Shown: piece after piece, positions 38,974 to 52,189 of the stretch
Layout of the letters: every line of letters begins with the position of its first letter
How positions within the stretch are numbered: position 1 is the stretch's first letter
Assembly (NCBI RefSeq): GCF_009914755.1
Contig: NC_060938.1
From: the human T2T-CHM13v2.0 reference genome, Homo sapiens
Strand: one strand, 5' to 3'
DNA length: 64,000 nucleotides
Translations under genes and position numbers: made by a program
Notes under the pieces: generated by a model
Databases searched by the model: none
What the model was told of the DNA's origin: nothing
Seen by the model: only the letters and a program-made list of their open reading frames with translations

Positions 38974-39443
38974 TCTCCAGCACAGTAATACGTGGCTGTG
39001 TACTCAGCTCTCAAACTGTTCATTTCCAGATAAGAGTGTGTTCTTGGCATTGTTTCTGGAGATGGGGAATCAGAACTTCCCAGAATGTGCATAGCGTATG
39101 CTACTCCCATCAGTACTAATACATGAGACCCACTCCAGTCTGTTCCCTGGAGCCTGGCAGGCCCAGTGCATCCAGTGGCTACTGAAGGCAAATCCAGAGG
39201 CTGCACAGGACAGTCTCAGGGACCCCCACCCCCACCGCGCCAGGCTGTACCAAGTCTCCCCCAGGCTCCAACAACTGCGCCTCACACTGGACACCCAAAA
39301 ACACAGGGGCATCCTGGTCAGAAACTGGCACATATTTTCAGTGTTTCCTTAACTGTTATCCACTCACACTCAAAATCTCTAGTTCACCCTGAATCTACTT
39401 TTAAAATAGTAACAAGTAAATCCCAAGTCAGCACAAACCCCAT
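38974..39443 (-). pseudogene. IGHV3-75: IGHV3 pseudogene
   Basis: Leader MGFVLTWDLLVTILK; donor and acceptor mutated; 13-bp G-rich FR1 insertion; TGA in FR3; octamer ATGCAAAG; name from gene order. Confidence 0.9.
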
Positions 39444-41898
39444 GGTGAGTTCTCTGTTCAGTGCTAATCACCATGTGGAAAAACCTTGAAATTCCAGGGC
39501 TGGGTCTCCCATCCCAGAACTGTAGGGTGAGGGCAGGGCTGGTTTTCACCAAAGAAGGAGGGTCCTTTGCATATTTCCAACTACATAAAAAACTCTAGGG
39601 TGGGACACGTGAGGAGAAGGCATTGCCGAGAGAGGATGATGGTGTCCTGCAGGAGTTTGGTAACTTATGGTATTTAGAAGATTTGCACTTTTACGAGGAA
39701 ATTGTGCTGTGATAAACAGCATCAAACACCTTATTATATTTTAAATATGTGTGTAAATTATGTCTGTGAGACTCAATGTTTCTCCATGTACGGATGTGAA
39801 AGTAAACCCACACACAGAGTGCCTATGTATGTGTCTAAGTGCTCATGTCTGAGATGAGTGAGTTCCGGTATCTGAGCCCGTGTTCCTCATCACTGTGTTC
39901 CCTGAACTAACTCCAGGACAGAGCGGGACATGTCTAGTGTGGCTTGCAGAACTTACTGCCTTAATGAAAATATTGTGACTCTGTTACACTCCAGCGTTCA
40001 CCTAAAATTATGGAGAGAACTAAGGTTCACGCAGATAAATTTTCAGGTAACTGGCATTTAACATATGTTACCCATTTTCTATCAGTTCTTTTTGTCTAAT
40101 TTTTTATTTGTTTGCTTGTAATAAACTTTATAAGGTCTAATTGAGAGATAATAAACTTCATATACTTAAAGTATACATTGATAAACATGACATAACTATC
40201 ACCATTATCAAGAAAGTGGACAAGTGAATTCGCCTCAATTTTTTCTCCTGTTCCACATTTCCTCCTATCCCTTTCCCTTCTTCTACCATTTCCTCAGGCA
40301 ACAACTGTTCTTCATTAAATTATTGTAGGTTAGTTTTCATTTTCCAGAATTTATAGAAATGGAATAATATAGCATATATACTTATTTTTTTGGCTTATTT
40401 TACTCAGCATAAATACCTAGATATTTTAGTTTGTTGTGTGTATCAGATATTTGTACATTATAAATGATGGGTAACAGTCCAGTGAACAAATTTACTATAA
40501 TGATTTTTCCTATTAAGAAGCTAATTAATATGTGGACTCTTCTGTTATTCTGGGTTTTACCAAAAATATCTGCTACTCAGCTTGCAGAAGTACTTAGATA
40601 AGAAATATATATATTTTTGTATTTTACAACAACAACATCAACAATAACAGATGAACAGAAAATAAGAAACTTGGCAAATTGTCTTTCATACTTCAGATAA
40701 TCGAAATTTTAAGACAAACAACAAATCTGAAATTTAGGGAGAGACAAGTTCTTGTAGAGAGTAACAAAGTCAGGGTATGAGATTACCTGAGGCAGAGTCT
40801 GCCATATGAAATATAGTCTATTTCAAGATAAGGCTTCAAATACATTAATTAGGTTGCTTAAAGTCAAGAGTGGTGAATGTGCTCTAGTGTAAAATTCTCA
40901 GGGACCAAATACTGAAGAGCTTTCTTATTCTCTTGAATATCTTTCCTGTAGAAATGGGACAACCACATAAATCGTTCTGTACTAAAGTGTCTGTCTGGGA
41001 GAGAATGACAGCCTGAACTTCTAAAACACATCCAGACCCACCTCCTCCCTTATCACCACTACAAAACTAAGAAATTACACTTTAGGGGAAAGCCTCTGAA
41101 ACCGGTATCCGAAGGGCTGAAATAGATACTCTAGAGGATGGAACAAGGTAACAATACAAAGCCAAGCAGAAAATAAAAAGCTATTGTTGCTGTTGATACC
41201 GTAATCAGTTGGCTCTAGCTTAGGTAGATTGGCATTGATAACCTGGTTGGGTCTGATTCCAATCAGAAAAGAATGGGAGAAGATAAAATAGTATGGTGTT
41301 TCAGCACATTCAGCTCTCTCTGAGACTTCCAGCCTGCATTTATTTACGGTTGCTCTTATGAACATTGAACATGCCTACACATCTCTCATAATTATTATAC
41401 CCTGTATCCCACAGAAAATTGGCAAGTCCATCTGCAGCTTGTCAAACCTGAATATCAGACAGAAAGAAACTCTAAAGTAAAGTGGTATTTATTTGAGAAT
41501 TAGCATTGCAATGGGAATGTGCACGGGCACATTTCGGTAGGTAAATAAGGAAAGTGTTTTAAAGAAAAAATGAGGAGGGCCACATATGCGGTTTTGAGAC
41601 ACTTAACCTGGGATAAAATGATCAATAACCAGGGTGGCATCAGTGTAATATTGCACAGGCACCTCTGGGCAGATGTACTTGGAGAAGTAATTATTTTAAG
41701 GTTGTGCTGGCCTTTGTGCAAGGTTGTGGTTTTGCAGAATCTATTTATGACAGTTCTTGTTATGGAAGGCATGTGTATGAGAACCCTCCCTCATGGCCTT
41801 CCCAGCTCCATTTCCCAGGTTTTAACACAAATTGTTGCAGTTTGATTCTGACAACTTTTACAGTCTCTTTCTAACACTATGGTGAGAAAAGTGACTCC

Positions 41899-42255
41899 AT
41901 GACAATTTGCACAGCACAGGATCAGTCCACACCCACATCTCATCCCCTTCACTACTAATGACAATTTGCACAGCACAGGATCAGTCCACACCCACATCTC
42001 ATCCCCTTCACTACTAATGACAATTTGCACAGCACAGGATCAGTCCACACCCACATCTCATCCCCTTCACTACTAATGACAATTTGCACAGCACAGGATC
42101 AGTCCACACCCACATCTCATCCCCTTCACTACTAATGACAATTTGCACAGCACAGGATCAGTCCACATCCACATCTCATCCCCTTCACTACTAATGACAA
42201 TTTGCACAGCACAGGATCAGTCCACACCCACATCTCATCCCCTTCACTACTAATG
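41899..42255. repeat. 59-bp VNTR, 6 near-identical copies
   Basis: atgacaatttgcacagcacaggatcagtccacacccacatctcatccccttcactacta starts at 41899, 41958, 42017, 42076, 42135 and 42194. Confidence 0.97.
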
Positions 42256-43115
42256 GCCACGTGCAATCTCAGATGAGTCTCCACACAACACCGTGGAATG
42301 CCTGAGTCATGAGAAGGAAAGAAAGTCCCATCAGCCTCTTTCACGTGGCTGCAGGAGCCACATCCTGAGACCCACCTGAGCTCCCAGGAAAAGGCTTGAG
42401 CCCTGGAATTTAGACCACAGGGATTACATCTCCCTTTATCAGGAAGCAGGAAAAGCAAATGGAAAAGTGAAAGCCAAAAGTGAAAGGCACAACTAAAAAA
42501 AAAGAAAATGGATATAGCAAAAGAAATAACTAAACAACAACAACTAAAAAGAAAGAATACGGAAAGCAAAAGAAAAATCAAATCACTGCTGATACTGAAT
42601 TTCATATTTCACTGTCAAGAGAAGGGTCATATATGGAAGCTGTGAGGTTCTATATGACACTGACCCTGGTCCAGACTCTGTCTTGGTTATGATCAGAATC
42701 CAAAAATAGTATCTGAATCATGGAATTTCACTGAGGTTACTGTTCTGGGTCTGATTAGAGATGACCCACCAGAACACTTAAGATTTTCCAGGACTCTGAT
42801 GTTTTTGACATTGGTTGATAATTTTTCTTCTCTGTAAGTGTCAATCTACATTTTGTGCATGAGAAAATATGTCCTCGCATTACTATGATTATTTTATATA
42901 TATATATATATATATGTATATATAACAATAGTACACACAGAATTCTAAAATGAAGAGGCTCCCTAAAGAAAGTAATGGAAGAAGATGATGAAGTCCAATG
43001 TCCTGACAGAAAACCAGCCCCTAACCTCCATGTGAACCTCCCTCTGGAGTGGACTCTGATCAGTGGGCCTTGAGTGAGCCCTGTAGCTGATTTTCCTCCC
43101 AGCGTTCCTGTAGGA

Positions 43116-43154
43116 GGTTTGTGACTGGGCTCACACTGACTTCTCCTCACTGTG
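43116..43154 (-). other. 23-RSS of IGHV3-76 (CACAGTG - 23 bp - TCACAAACC)
   Basis: Heptamer 43148-43154, nonamer 43116-43124. Confidence 0.9.
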
Positions 43155-43604
43155 TCTCTTACAGTAATAGACGGCCATGGTGTCAGCAATGAAACTGTTT
43201 ATTTGCAGATACAGTGAGTTCTTGGTGTTTTCTCTGGAGATGGTCAACCGGCCCTTCACAGAGTCTGAGTAGTATATGCCTCCACCACTAGCATTAATGT
43301 AAGACCCACTCCAGTCCCTTCCCTGGAGCTTGGTCCACCTAGTGCATGCCATAGTTACTGAAAGTGTATCCAGAGGCTGCACAGGAGAGTCACATGGACC
43401 CCCCAAGCTGTACCAAGCCTCCCCCAGACTCTACCAGCTACACTTCACATTGGACACCTGCAAACACAGAGACATTCTTGTCAGAAACTGCCACACAGAT
43501 CCACTGTTTCTCTCACTCATATCACTCACAGACAATATTTCTAGTTCTTCTTGATTGCCTTTTAGAACAACAACAAAGAAAACCCAGCGCATTCCTAACT
43601 CCAT
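43155..43604 (-). pseudogene. IGHV3-76: IGHV3 pseudogene
   Basis: Leader MELGMRWVFFVVVLK; GC donor; TAG at V codon 3 (GAA GTG TAG); frameshifts; FR3 [18 protein letters not shown]...YYCKR; octamer mutated to ATGAAAAT (43731-43738). Confidence 0.9.
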
Positions 43605-43899
43605 GGGATGTCTTCAGTGTTCAGTGCTAATCACTGAATGGAAGCACCTTGGTACTGCACGGCTGGGGCTTGTCTCCCAGAGCTGCAGAGTCAGGGCTGG
43701 GCTGGTTTTCATCAGCTGAGAGAGGGCCCTATTTTCATGTATCCTAATATATAGAAAGCTATGGTTTGGGATGCCTGAGGAGAGGGGAGGGTCAAGAGAA
43801 GATGAAAGATTCCTGGGAGATTTACATTGAAAGTTAATATTGATCAATGAGATGATTGTGTGTGTGTGATGAATCACATTTACTGATTTATGTATATTT

Positions 43900-44256
43900 C
43901 AGAATGGAATACAACACAGTCATAAGAAGAATAAGATCATGTTATTTGCAGCAACATAGATGGAGCTGGAGGTCATTATCCTAAGGAAAGTAACACAGTA
44001 ACAGAAAATTACAAACCATCTGTTCTCATGTATAAGTGGGAGCTAATCATATTGACACAAAGAAAACAACAGACACTAGGTCCTACTTGAGTGTGGAGGG
44101 TGGGAGGAGGGTGAGAATTGAAAAACTACCTACCAGGTACTATGCTTATTTCCTTGGTGACAAAATAATCTGTACATCAAACCAACAGAACTCACAATTT
44201 GCCTATAAAACAACACTTGCACAAGTACTTCTGAACCTAAAATAAAAGTTTAAAAA
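43900..44256 (+). mobile_element. L1 3' end (L1PB/L1MA-like)
   Basis: gatggagctggaggtcattatcctaag...gggtgagaattgaaaaactacct...ctgaacctaaaataaaagt. Confidence 0.8.
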
Positions 44257-45954
44257 CATTTTGGCTAGTTTTTCATTATTAATACAACACCTGAATACTC
44301 CTTAGTTATTGCAAATGCTCTCTAGAATATTTTTGTGTGTGTTTTTTTACTATCTTTTAACATAAAAAAACTTAGATTTATATAACTATACAAGTTAATA
44401 ATGTATTTTGAAACTTCACAGTCACACCCATATATACAGACACAGACACACACACCCAGCAATGAAACATATATGTGCACAGGCAAAAATAAATGCATTT
44501 CCAAACATCAAAGTGACATACATTTGTTTCTGTGTTATTATATTTAATTTATATGGATTTATTTGTATTTATAGTTTAAGGTTTTAGTCCAAAGTAACAT
44601 TCTTCTATGAGTAAGTCTGTCTATTCCAATGTAAATTAAGAAATATATGTAAATGCATGTTTTAATAAAACTTACTGTAACTGCCATTATTGACAAATCT
44701 ATCATTGAAAAATACAATGGTATTCTTTACATACTCTGTGCTAGCTTATTTCCCATTTTTACTAATAGCATATTTTTTAAATAAATGTTTTAATGCATTT
44801 AATGTTATAAATAAATATAATAATCAATAAGGCAAGCATCTCTATTAAAATTTTATTACACGATTGGTTGAAATAACATTGTACTTTACAAAAGGCATCA
44901 CCTTTTTCTAATTTAAATAGCATTTAAATATTAAATTAAAAAAATATTAAGTATTAAAAAATAGCAATTTCCAGTTTAAAGACTTTTTTCTTTTGCAATG
45001 GCTTCACATGAATTTTTAACATCAACTCGATAGGTTATTTGACAATATTCCTGGATGCTAGAGAATATCCATAAATATAGAATTAATATCAGCACAGGGT
45101 TCCCAGGATTCACTCACAATGACAACTTGCTAGAGGGTGGTCAGGAAGTGTGCAAACACGTTAGGGATTTAGGCTTTATCATCAAAGCACTAGTGAGCCC
45201 CAGGGCTGAGCACACAGTGGGCAGCAGGAGCTGCAGAGCCCACTCTGTGGTACTTAGGGAAGATAGAGGATGGGGTGGGGTGATGTCTGCAGGACCGTTG
45301 AAAGGGGTGAGGAGGGCAGAGAGTCTGCAGGTAGATGAGCATATTCTTAGAACTGTTGCCTGCCTATACTTGGTTGGCTTCAGTGATCATAAAGGGAAGT
45401 GAACTGATTCACCAGACATGGATGAGACATAATAAACGGGCTTGCTGATTCCTTGAATGGAAATTGAGGATTATAAAAGGTTTGGAAAGAAGAAGGGAAG
45501 GTGGAGAAACAGACTGAGGGGCAGAACACCAGGGGCCACCAAAGTGGAGGACAGGAGCCCTTAAAGTGGGGTTTCATCTTCACAATCAGCAAATGGAAGA
45601 AAAAGAAACTCAACACCATGCATATGCTGAGTTATTGTTAGAAAACATTTACAAAAGTGTGACTGACACAGCACAGTAACAAAAATCTGTGTAAATAGTT
45701 TGAAGTAAGCATACACAATTTCTTCATTTTAAAATTGTACTGAGATATTATTACTAGTATTATTACAAAAATATAAAGAATTAAAAGTTTAATTGAATTC
45801 CTGTTCTAAGTTAGGATTTTGTAGGTAAGAGAAACATGGATTCCAAGGAAGAAATGGCAAAAGATGCTGAGAAGAGTTTCACTTTACCAGGTCAGGAATC
45901 ACAAGGCCTAAATAAAGAAACCCACCCTCCCCAGGGACCTGATGATGCACTGCT

Positions 45955-46945
<991 letters not shown>

Positions 46946-47056
46946 AGTGTCTGTCACACGGTCCCCTCCTGTCTCCCTGCAGGGAGGTTTGTGTCTGGGC
47001 TCAGACACAAATACAGGTGTCCCCTGTGTTAGGTTGCCACACGGATATCTCCTGTG

Positions 47057-47472
47057 TCTCTCACAGTAATACATGGCCTTCTCCTCGGCTCTCAGGTTGG
47101 TCATTTTGAGGGAGACTGTGCTGACAAGGGTGTCCCTGAGGATTATGATTTTTCTTTGTATTGATGGAGGGTACCACTAACAAATTCCACTTGAATCCCT
47201 CGCTTTTGCCTCCCACACCAACCCCTGTCCTGAAGCCTGCTGGGCTGAGCTCATGCTAGAGTCAATGAAGGTAAATTCAGAGGCTTTGTAAAAAAGGCTC
47301 TGAGAACAGTTAGGCTGTATCATTTCTCTTCCAGATTCCACCAGTGAACTTCTTGTAGGACTCTTACAAACACAGAGGGAACAGGCTGAGAAGCAGCCAC
47401 AGCTAGGCTTGATCCACAGGGACCCTACCTCTGAGAATAAGAAGAGAACCCCAGATTAGCAGAGACCCTAAG
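47057..47472 (-). pseudogene. IGHVIII-76-1: Divergent clan III IGHV pseudogene
   Basis: LVESGREMIQP..., ...MTNLRAEEKAMYYCER; leader remnant with GT donor at ~47428 and no ATG; RSS CACAGGA - 55 bp - ACACAAACC; promoter remnant gtttgcat at 47833-47840; name from gene order. Confidence 0.82.
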
Positions 47473-48107
47473 GTGTGGACACTGAGGAAGGGCACCGACA
47501 TCAGGTGGCATCCCCTTCATGGACAGGGGATAAGCTGTCCATGGGCCATTTTATGAGCATGGATGGGGGGCACATTTACACCTCTTTCTCCCTGTGGACA
47601 AGTGTGAACTGCTCAGCAGGGCTCATCCCTCTGCCTCTAGACTTCAGGGAGGGCAGGGTCAAAGAATCACTGAAACTGGATGCTCCGGCTTAATCTTTCC
47701 ATCACTCTCTTCTTTTTCTCTAATGTGAGCCTGGTTTAGTTATTTTTATGGTATCAACCTTCATCAACAAATAAGTCAAGGAAGTACATGAAAAGAAAGT
47801 GTTAGGAAGAGTTCGTACATGAACAGGAACCTGTTTGCATGTCTCCGACTATAGAGTCGGTTCTTGGGTGAAATTCCTGAGGAGAGAGCAATGCTCATAG
47901 TAGGTGAGAGTATCATTTGTAGCATTTGGAAAAATATAATTTTCCAATCTGTCCTTAGGCAACTACTGATCTTTTTTTGTTACTTTAGATTCATTTTCAT
48001 TTTTTATAATTCCTAGAAATAGAATCATACTTTATGCACTTTTATGTGTTGGCTTATCTTAGGATACATTTTTGTGAATACAACAATGTTGTTTTTTGTA
48101 TCAAAGC

Positions 48108-49365
48108 TGTATTACCCAGAGTTCTCTAGAGAAATAGAACTAATATAACATATGTATATAGGAAATATAGTTTATTAGAATTTTCTCACAAAATTACAAA
48201 ATGAAAGTTCCATGATAGGCTTTCTAAAAGCTTGGGAAGAGAGAGAAACTGGTAGTGGCTCAGTCTAAGTCCAGAAGTCTCAAAACCAGAAAAGCCAACA
48301 GTGCACACTTCATTCTCTGACCAAGGGCCCAAGAACCCTCAGCAAGCCCCTGCTTCACGCCCCATAGTTCAACTGCCAAAGAACGTGAAATCTTATGTCC
48401 AAGGGTAGGAAGAGCAGAAGAAAGCAGCCAGCAAGGAAAACAAAGCAAAACAAAACAAAAACAGAAGGCGCAGCAAGCAATGTTATCTCCTCTTCTTCCA
48501 CCTGCTTTATTCTAGCTGTGCTGGCAGCTGAGTGGATGGTGCCCTTCCATATTGGGGCTGGGTCTTTCTCTTGCAGGCTACTTAGTCAAATGCCAACCTC
48601 CTCTGGCAAAACCCAAGAGACACACAAAGAAACAATACTTTCCCAGCCATCTAAGCATGCTTTAATCCAATCAAGTTAAACCTAATATTAACTATCACAG
48701 GCCAATCCCTTGTTGTCAACTTAGCATCCCTACATATCACCTGAAATCATGCTCGATCTCCAAATAAAGACAATAGTAAGGTCATAATTATGCCTAACAT
48801 AATACAGCTATCCTTCATACAACTGAAAATGCACTAATCCTTAACCTAAATGCCACTATATACAGTTAACAACTCTCAAATGCTAATATGAAGTCGATAA
48901 ATCTTATGTTACATGAAAAACAAAAAGAAAACATTTTCTTAGTACAGTTATATACATGCAGAAATATATTCTTAAGAAGATAAGAAAGACATACTCATGA
49001 CAATTCCAGTCCTCATTTCTGGTTGATGGTCATACCTGGTATTGATAACAACTTTCTTGTATCTACCCATTCTGTATTTTTTGGCCTTCAGCAGTTACCT
49101 TGGCTGGTCAGTTTTGTTTCTTGTTCATTTGTTTGTTTGTTTACCTGGTGGAGTGACCTAAACTTTTACTCTTGAAGAATCTGAGCCATCTGTATGCCTG
49201 CCTGGATTAGGTTGTTGTAGTTTCCCATTGACCTTAATCACATGGCAAAGTAATGCTAAGAGATGCCCTAAGAAATCCCCCTGTATTCCAAACATACTAT
49301 TTCTTACCTCCATTGTGGAGTAGTAGTATGATTCCATCTTGATAGCCTGGGTCAATCACCCCAGC
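48108..49365 (-). mobile_element. MLT2 3' LTR (48108-48698) plus HERV-L internal 3' fragment
   Basis: LTR end aatccaatcaagttaaacctaatattaactatcaca; ORF 49158-49355 (VIKVNGKLQQPNPGR...SRVKV) resembles the ERVL 3' internal region. Confidence 0.75.
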
Positions 49366-49369
49366 CATA

Positions 49370-50705
49370 CAAATTATAAAGAGTTTTTTTCCAATTTATG
49401 TAAATGCATTTCTTTGAAGTTTTGAATGGGAGTTGTTTTTTATATGGTGACAGATAGAGATCCAGTCTTATTCTTTTACATGTGGCTTCCTAGTTTTCCC
49501 AGTACCATTTATTAAATATGGTGTCTATTTTCCAATTTATATTTTTGTATGTTTTGTAAAACATCAGTTGGCTTTACATATTTGGCTTTATTTCTGGGTT
49601 CTCTATTTTGTTCCAGTGGTCTATGAACCTACTTTATATCAGTACCATGTTGTTTAGGTAACTGCAGCCTTGTGGTATAATTTGAAGTTCAGTAATGTGA
49701 TGGCTCCATTTTTTTCTTATTAGGATTTATTTGGCTATTTGGGCTTTTTTGGTTTCATATGAATTTTAACATTATTATTTTTTAATTCTGTAAAAAATAA
49801 TGTGGGTATTTTCATAAGAATTGCACTGAATCTGTAGATTGCTTTGGGCATTACGGTCATGTTCACAATATTGCTTCTTCCAATCCATGAGCATGGGATT
49901 CATTTCCATTTGTTTGTGTCATCTATGATTTCTTTCAGCAGTGTTTTGTAGTTCTCCTTGTAGAAATCTTTTACCTTTTTGGTTAAGTATATTCCTAAAT
50001 ATCTTTTTGTAGCTTCTGTAAAAGAAATGGAGTTCTTGATTTGATTCGCAGCTTTGTTGTTGTTGATGTATAGCAGTGCTACCAATTTGTGTACATTTAT
50101 TTTGTAACCTGAGACATAAGTGAATTCATTTACTAAAACTAACAGTATTTTGGGGGAGTTTAGGGTTTTCTAGGTATATAATCACTTCATCTGTAAACAG
50201 TGATAGTTTGACTTTCTCTTTCTCAATATGGATGCCCTTTATTTTTTTCTTCTGATTAATTGCTCTGGGTAGAACTTCTAGCACTATGTTGAATAGAACT
50301 GGTGAACATGGACATTCTTCTATTGTTTCTGTTCCCAGGGGGAATGCTTTTAACTTTTTCACATTCAGCATGATGTTGGGTGTGAGTTTTTCCTATATAA
50401 CCTTTATTAGTTTGAGGTCAGTTCCTTCTATGCCTACCTGACTTAGAATTTTTATAATTAAAAACGCTGAATTTTGTTAAATGCTTTTTCTGCATCTATT
50501 GAGATAATCCTATAGTTTTTGTTTTTAGTTCTGTTTATGTGATGTGTTACATTTATTGACTTGTGTATGTTCAAATAATCCTTCCATTTCTGAGTTGAAA
50601 CCTACTTTTATCATGATGAATTATCTTTTGGATGTGCTGTTGGACTCAGGTAGCTATTTTTTGAGTATTTTTGCATCTATATTTACCAGGAAAATTCGTA
50701 TGTAG

Positions 50706-50750
<45 letters not shown>

Positions 50751-51354
50751 CTGGTTTGGGTATCTGGGTTATAGTAGCTTTAGAGAATAATTTAGGGAGG
50801 ATTCTTTTTTTCTAAATTTAAAAAATAGTTTCAGAAAAAATGGTAGCAATTTTTCTTTGAATTTTGTGTAGACTTCAAATGTGAATTCACCTGGCCCTAT
50901 TTTGTTGTTGGTATTGTTGGCAATTCTTGAATTACTGATTCAATCTCATTGTTTATTATTCATCTATTCAAAGTAACTGTTTCTTCTTGATTTAATCTAG
51001 GAGAGTTGTATGTTTCTAGGAATTTTTCCATTTCCTGTAAGTCTCCTAGATTGTGCACATGAAGTTGTACATAGTAGTCTCAAATTATTTTATATATTAG
51101 CAGTGTAGATTGTATTGTCTCATTTCATTTCTAATTGAACTTATCTGGATCTTTGCTCTTCTTTTCTTGGTTAATATAGCTAATGGTCCATGAATTTGAT
51201 TATTTTTTCAAATAACCAACTTTTTATTTCATTGGTTTTTTGTGTTTTTTGTTTGATTTTCATTTAGTTCTGCTCTGATCTTTGTTATTTCTTTTCTTCT
51301 TCTGGATCTAGGTTTAGTTTGTTCTTATTTCTCCAGTTTCTTGAGGTGTGACAT
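49370..51354 (-). mobile_element. Old L1 ORF2, left part, split by the provirus
   Basis: ORFs 49900-50085 and 50126-50371 are L1 ORF2-like; sequence resumes at 61299. Confidence 0.85.
50709..50745. repeat. (GT)n microsatellite
   Basis: About 18 GT units. Confidence 0.95.
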
Positions 51355-52065
51355 TGTTGCAGAAATTTAGGAGGGCAAGGGAGACCTCAGGGTATAGCAG
51401 GAGGATCCTTTATTGAGTGCACTCTGTCTCAGTGGACTCAACGTCCAAAAAACTGGGCCCCGAACAAAGACAAGGTTTTGCTTATATACCTACTCCTAAG
51501 TGGTGCAAACGCGAATGTACAGAGGCAAGACAAAGGCCGTTAAACAAACTAAGACAGGCTTATAACTCAAGTTTAGTATACTCCTTACTATGCTGCCCAG
51601 ATGGTCATTATCTGCTTAGTTCAAAGGAGTCTCACAAAGACTCATCTTGCGACCCCCACTATGGCGTCTAGCTGGCTACTAGCCAGACCTGCTCAGGCTA
51701 TACTGCTTAGATGCAGAAGCAGGAACCTACAATCATTAACTGTAGGAAAAACAGAAACTCCAAAAACTTACAGAGCAAGGAGCAAGATATAGTTTACATA
51801 GCAGAGGGGATGAGATTCGACGGGGAAGTTTACTTACACTAAAGGAGAGATAGGAAAACTTATCTCTTCACATCCTTATGTTGAGGGAGTGCTGGGAGAG
51901 TCTTCAGAGCACATTCCTCTGAGCTCTGGCCCTTAAATTACATTATTGAAACTTTGCGTGTTACTGCCTTTGACATGAGTCAGCCTAACACAGGCAGCTT
52001 GTTTCTTTCTCTTTTTTAATTTCTATTTTCTTTTTTTCTTAATTTTTTTCTTTTTTCCCATCTCA
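51355..52065 (-). repeat. 3' LTR (711 bp)
   Basis: TG...CA ends; AATAAA on - at 51409-51414; TATATAA on - near 51482-51488; degenerate PPT at 52066-52080. Confidence 0.93.
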
Positions 52066-52189
52066 TACCCTGCCTTTGATGCCTCCTATGTATGAAATTT
52101 TAATAGAAGTCATCACTACAACTTTGTTCTTCATGATAAGGCAAGTTTTCTTCGTTTGGTACAGCTTGGTATTTAGTTAGAGCCATTAG

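Noticed and set aside
45213-45219. Isolated CACAGTG heptamers (also at 21651)
   Set aside because: No nonamer at 12 or 23 bp and no adjacent V or D coding sequence.
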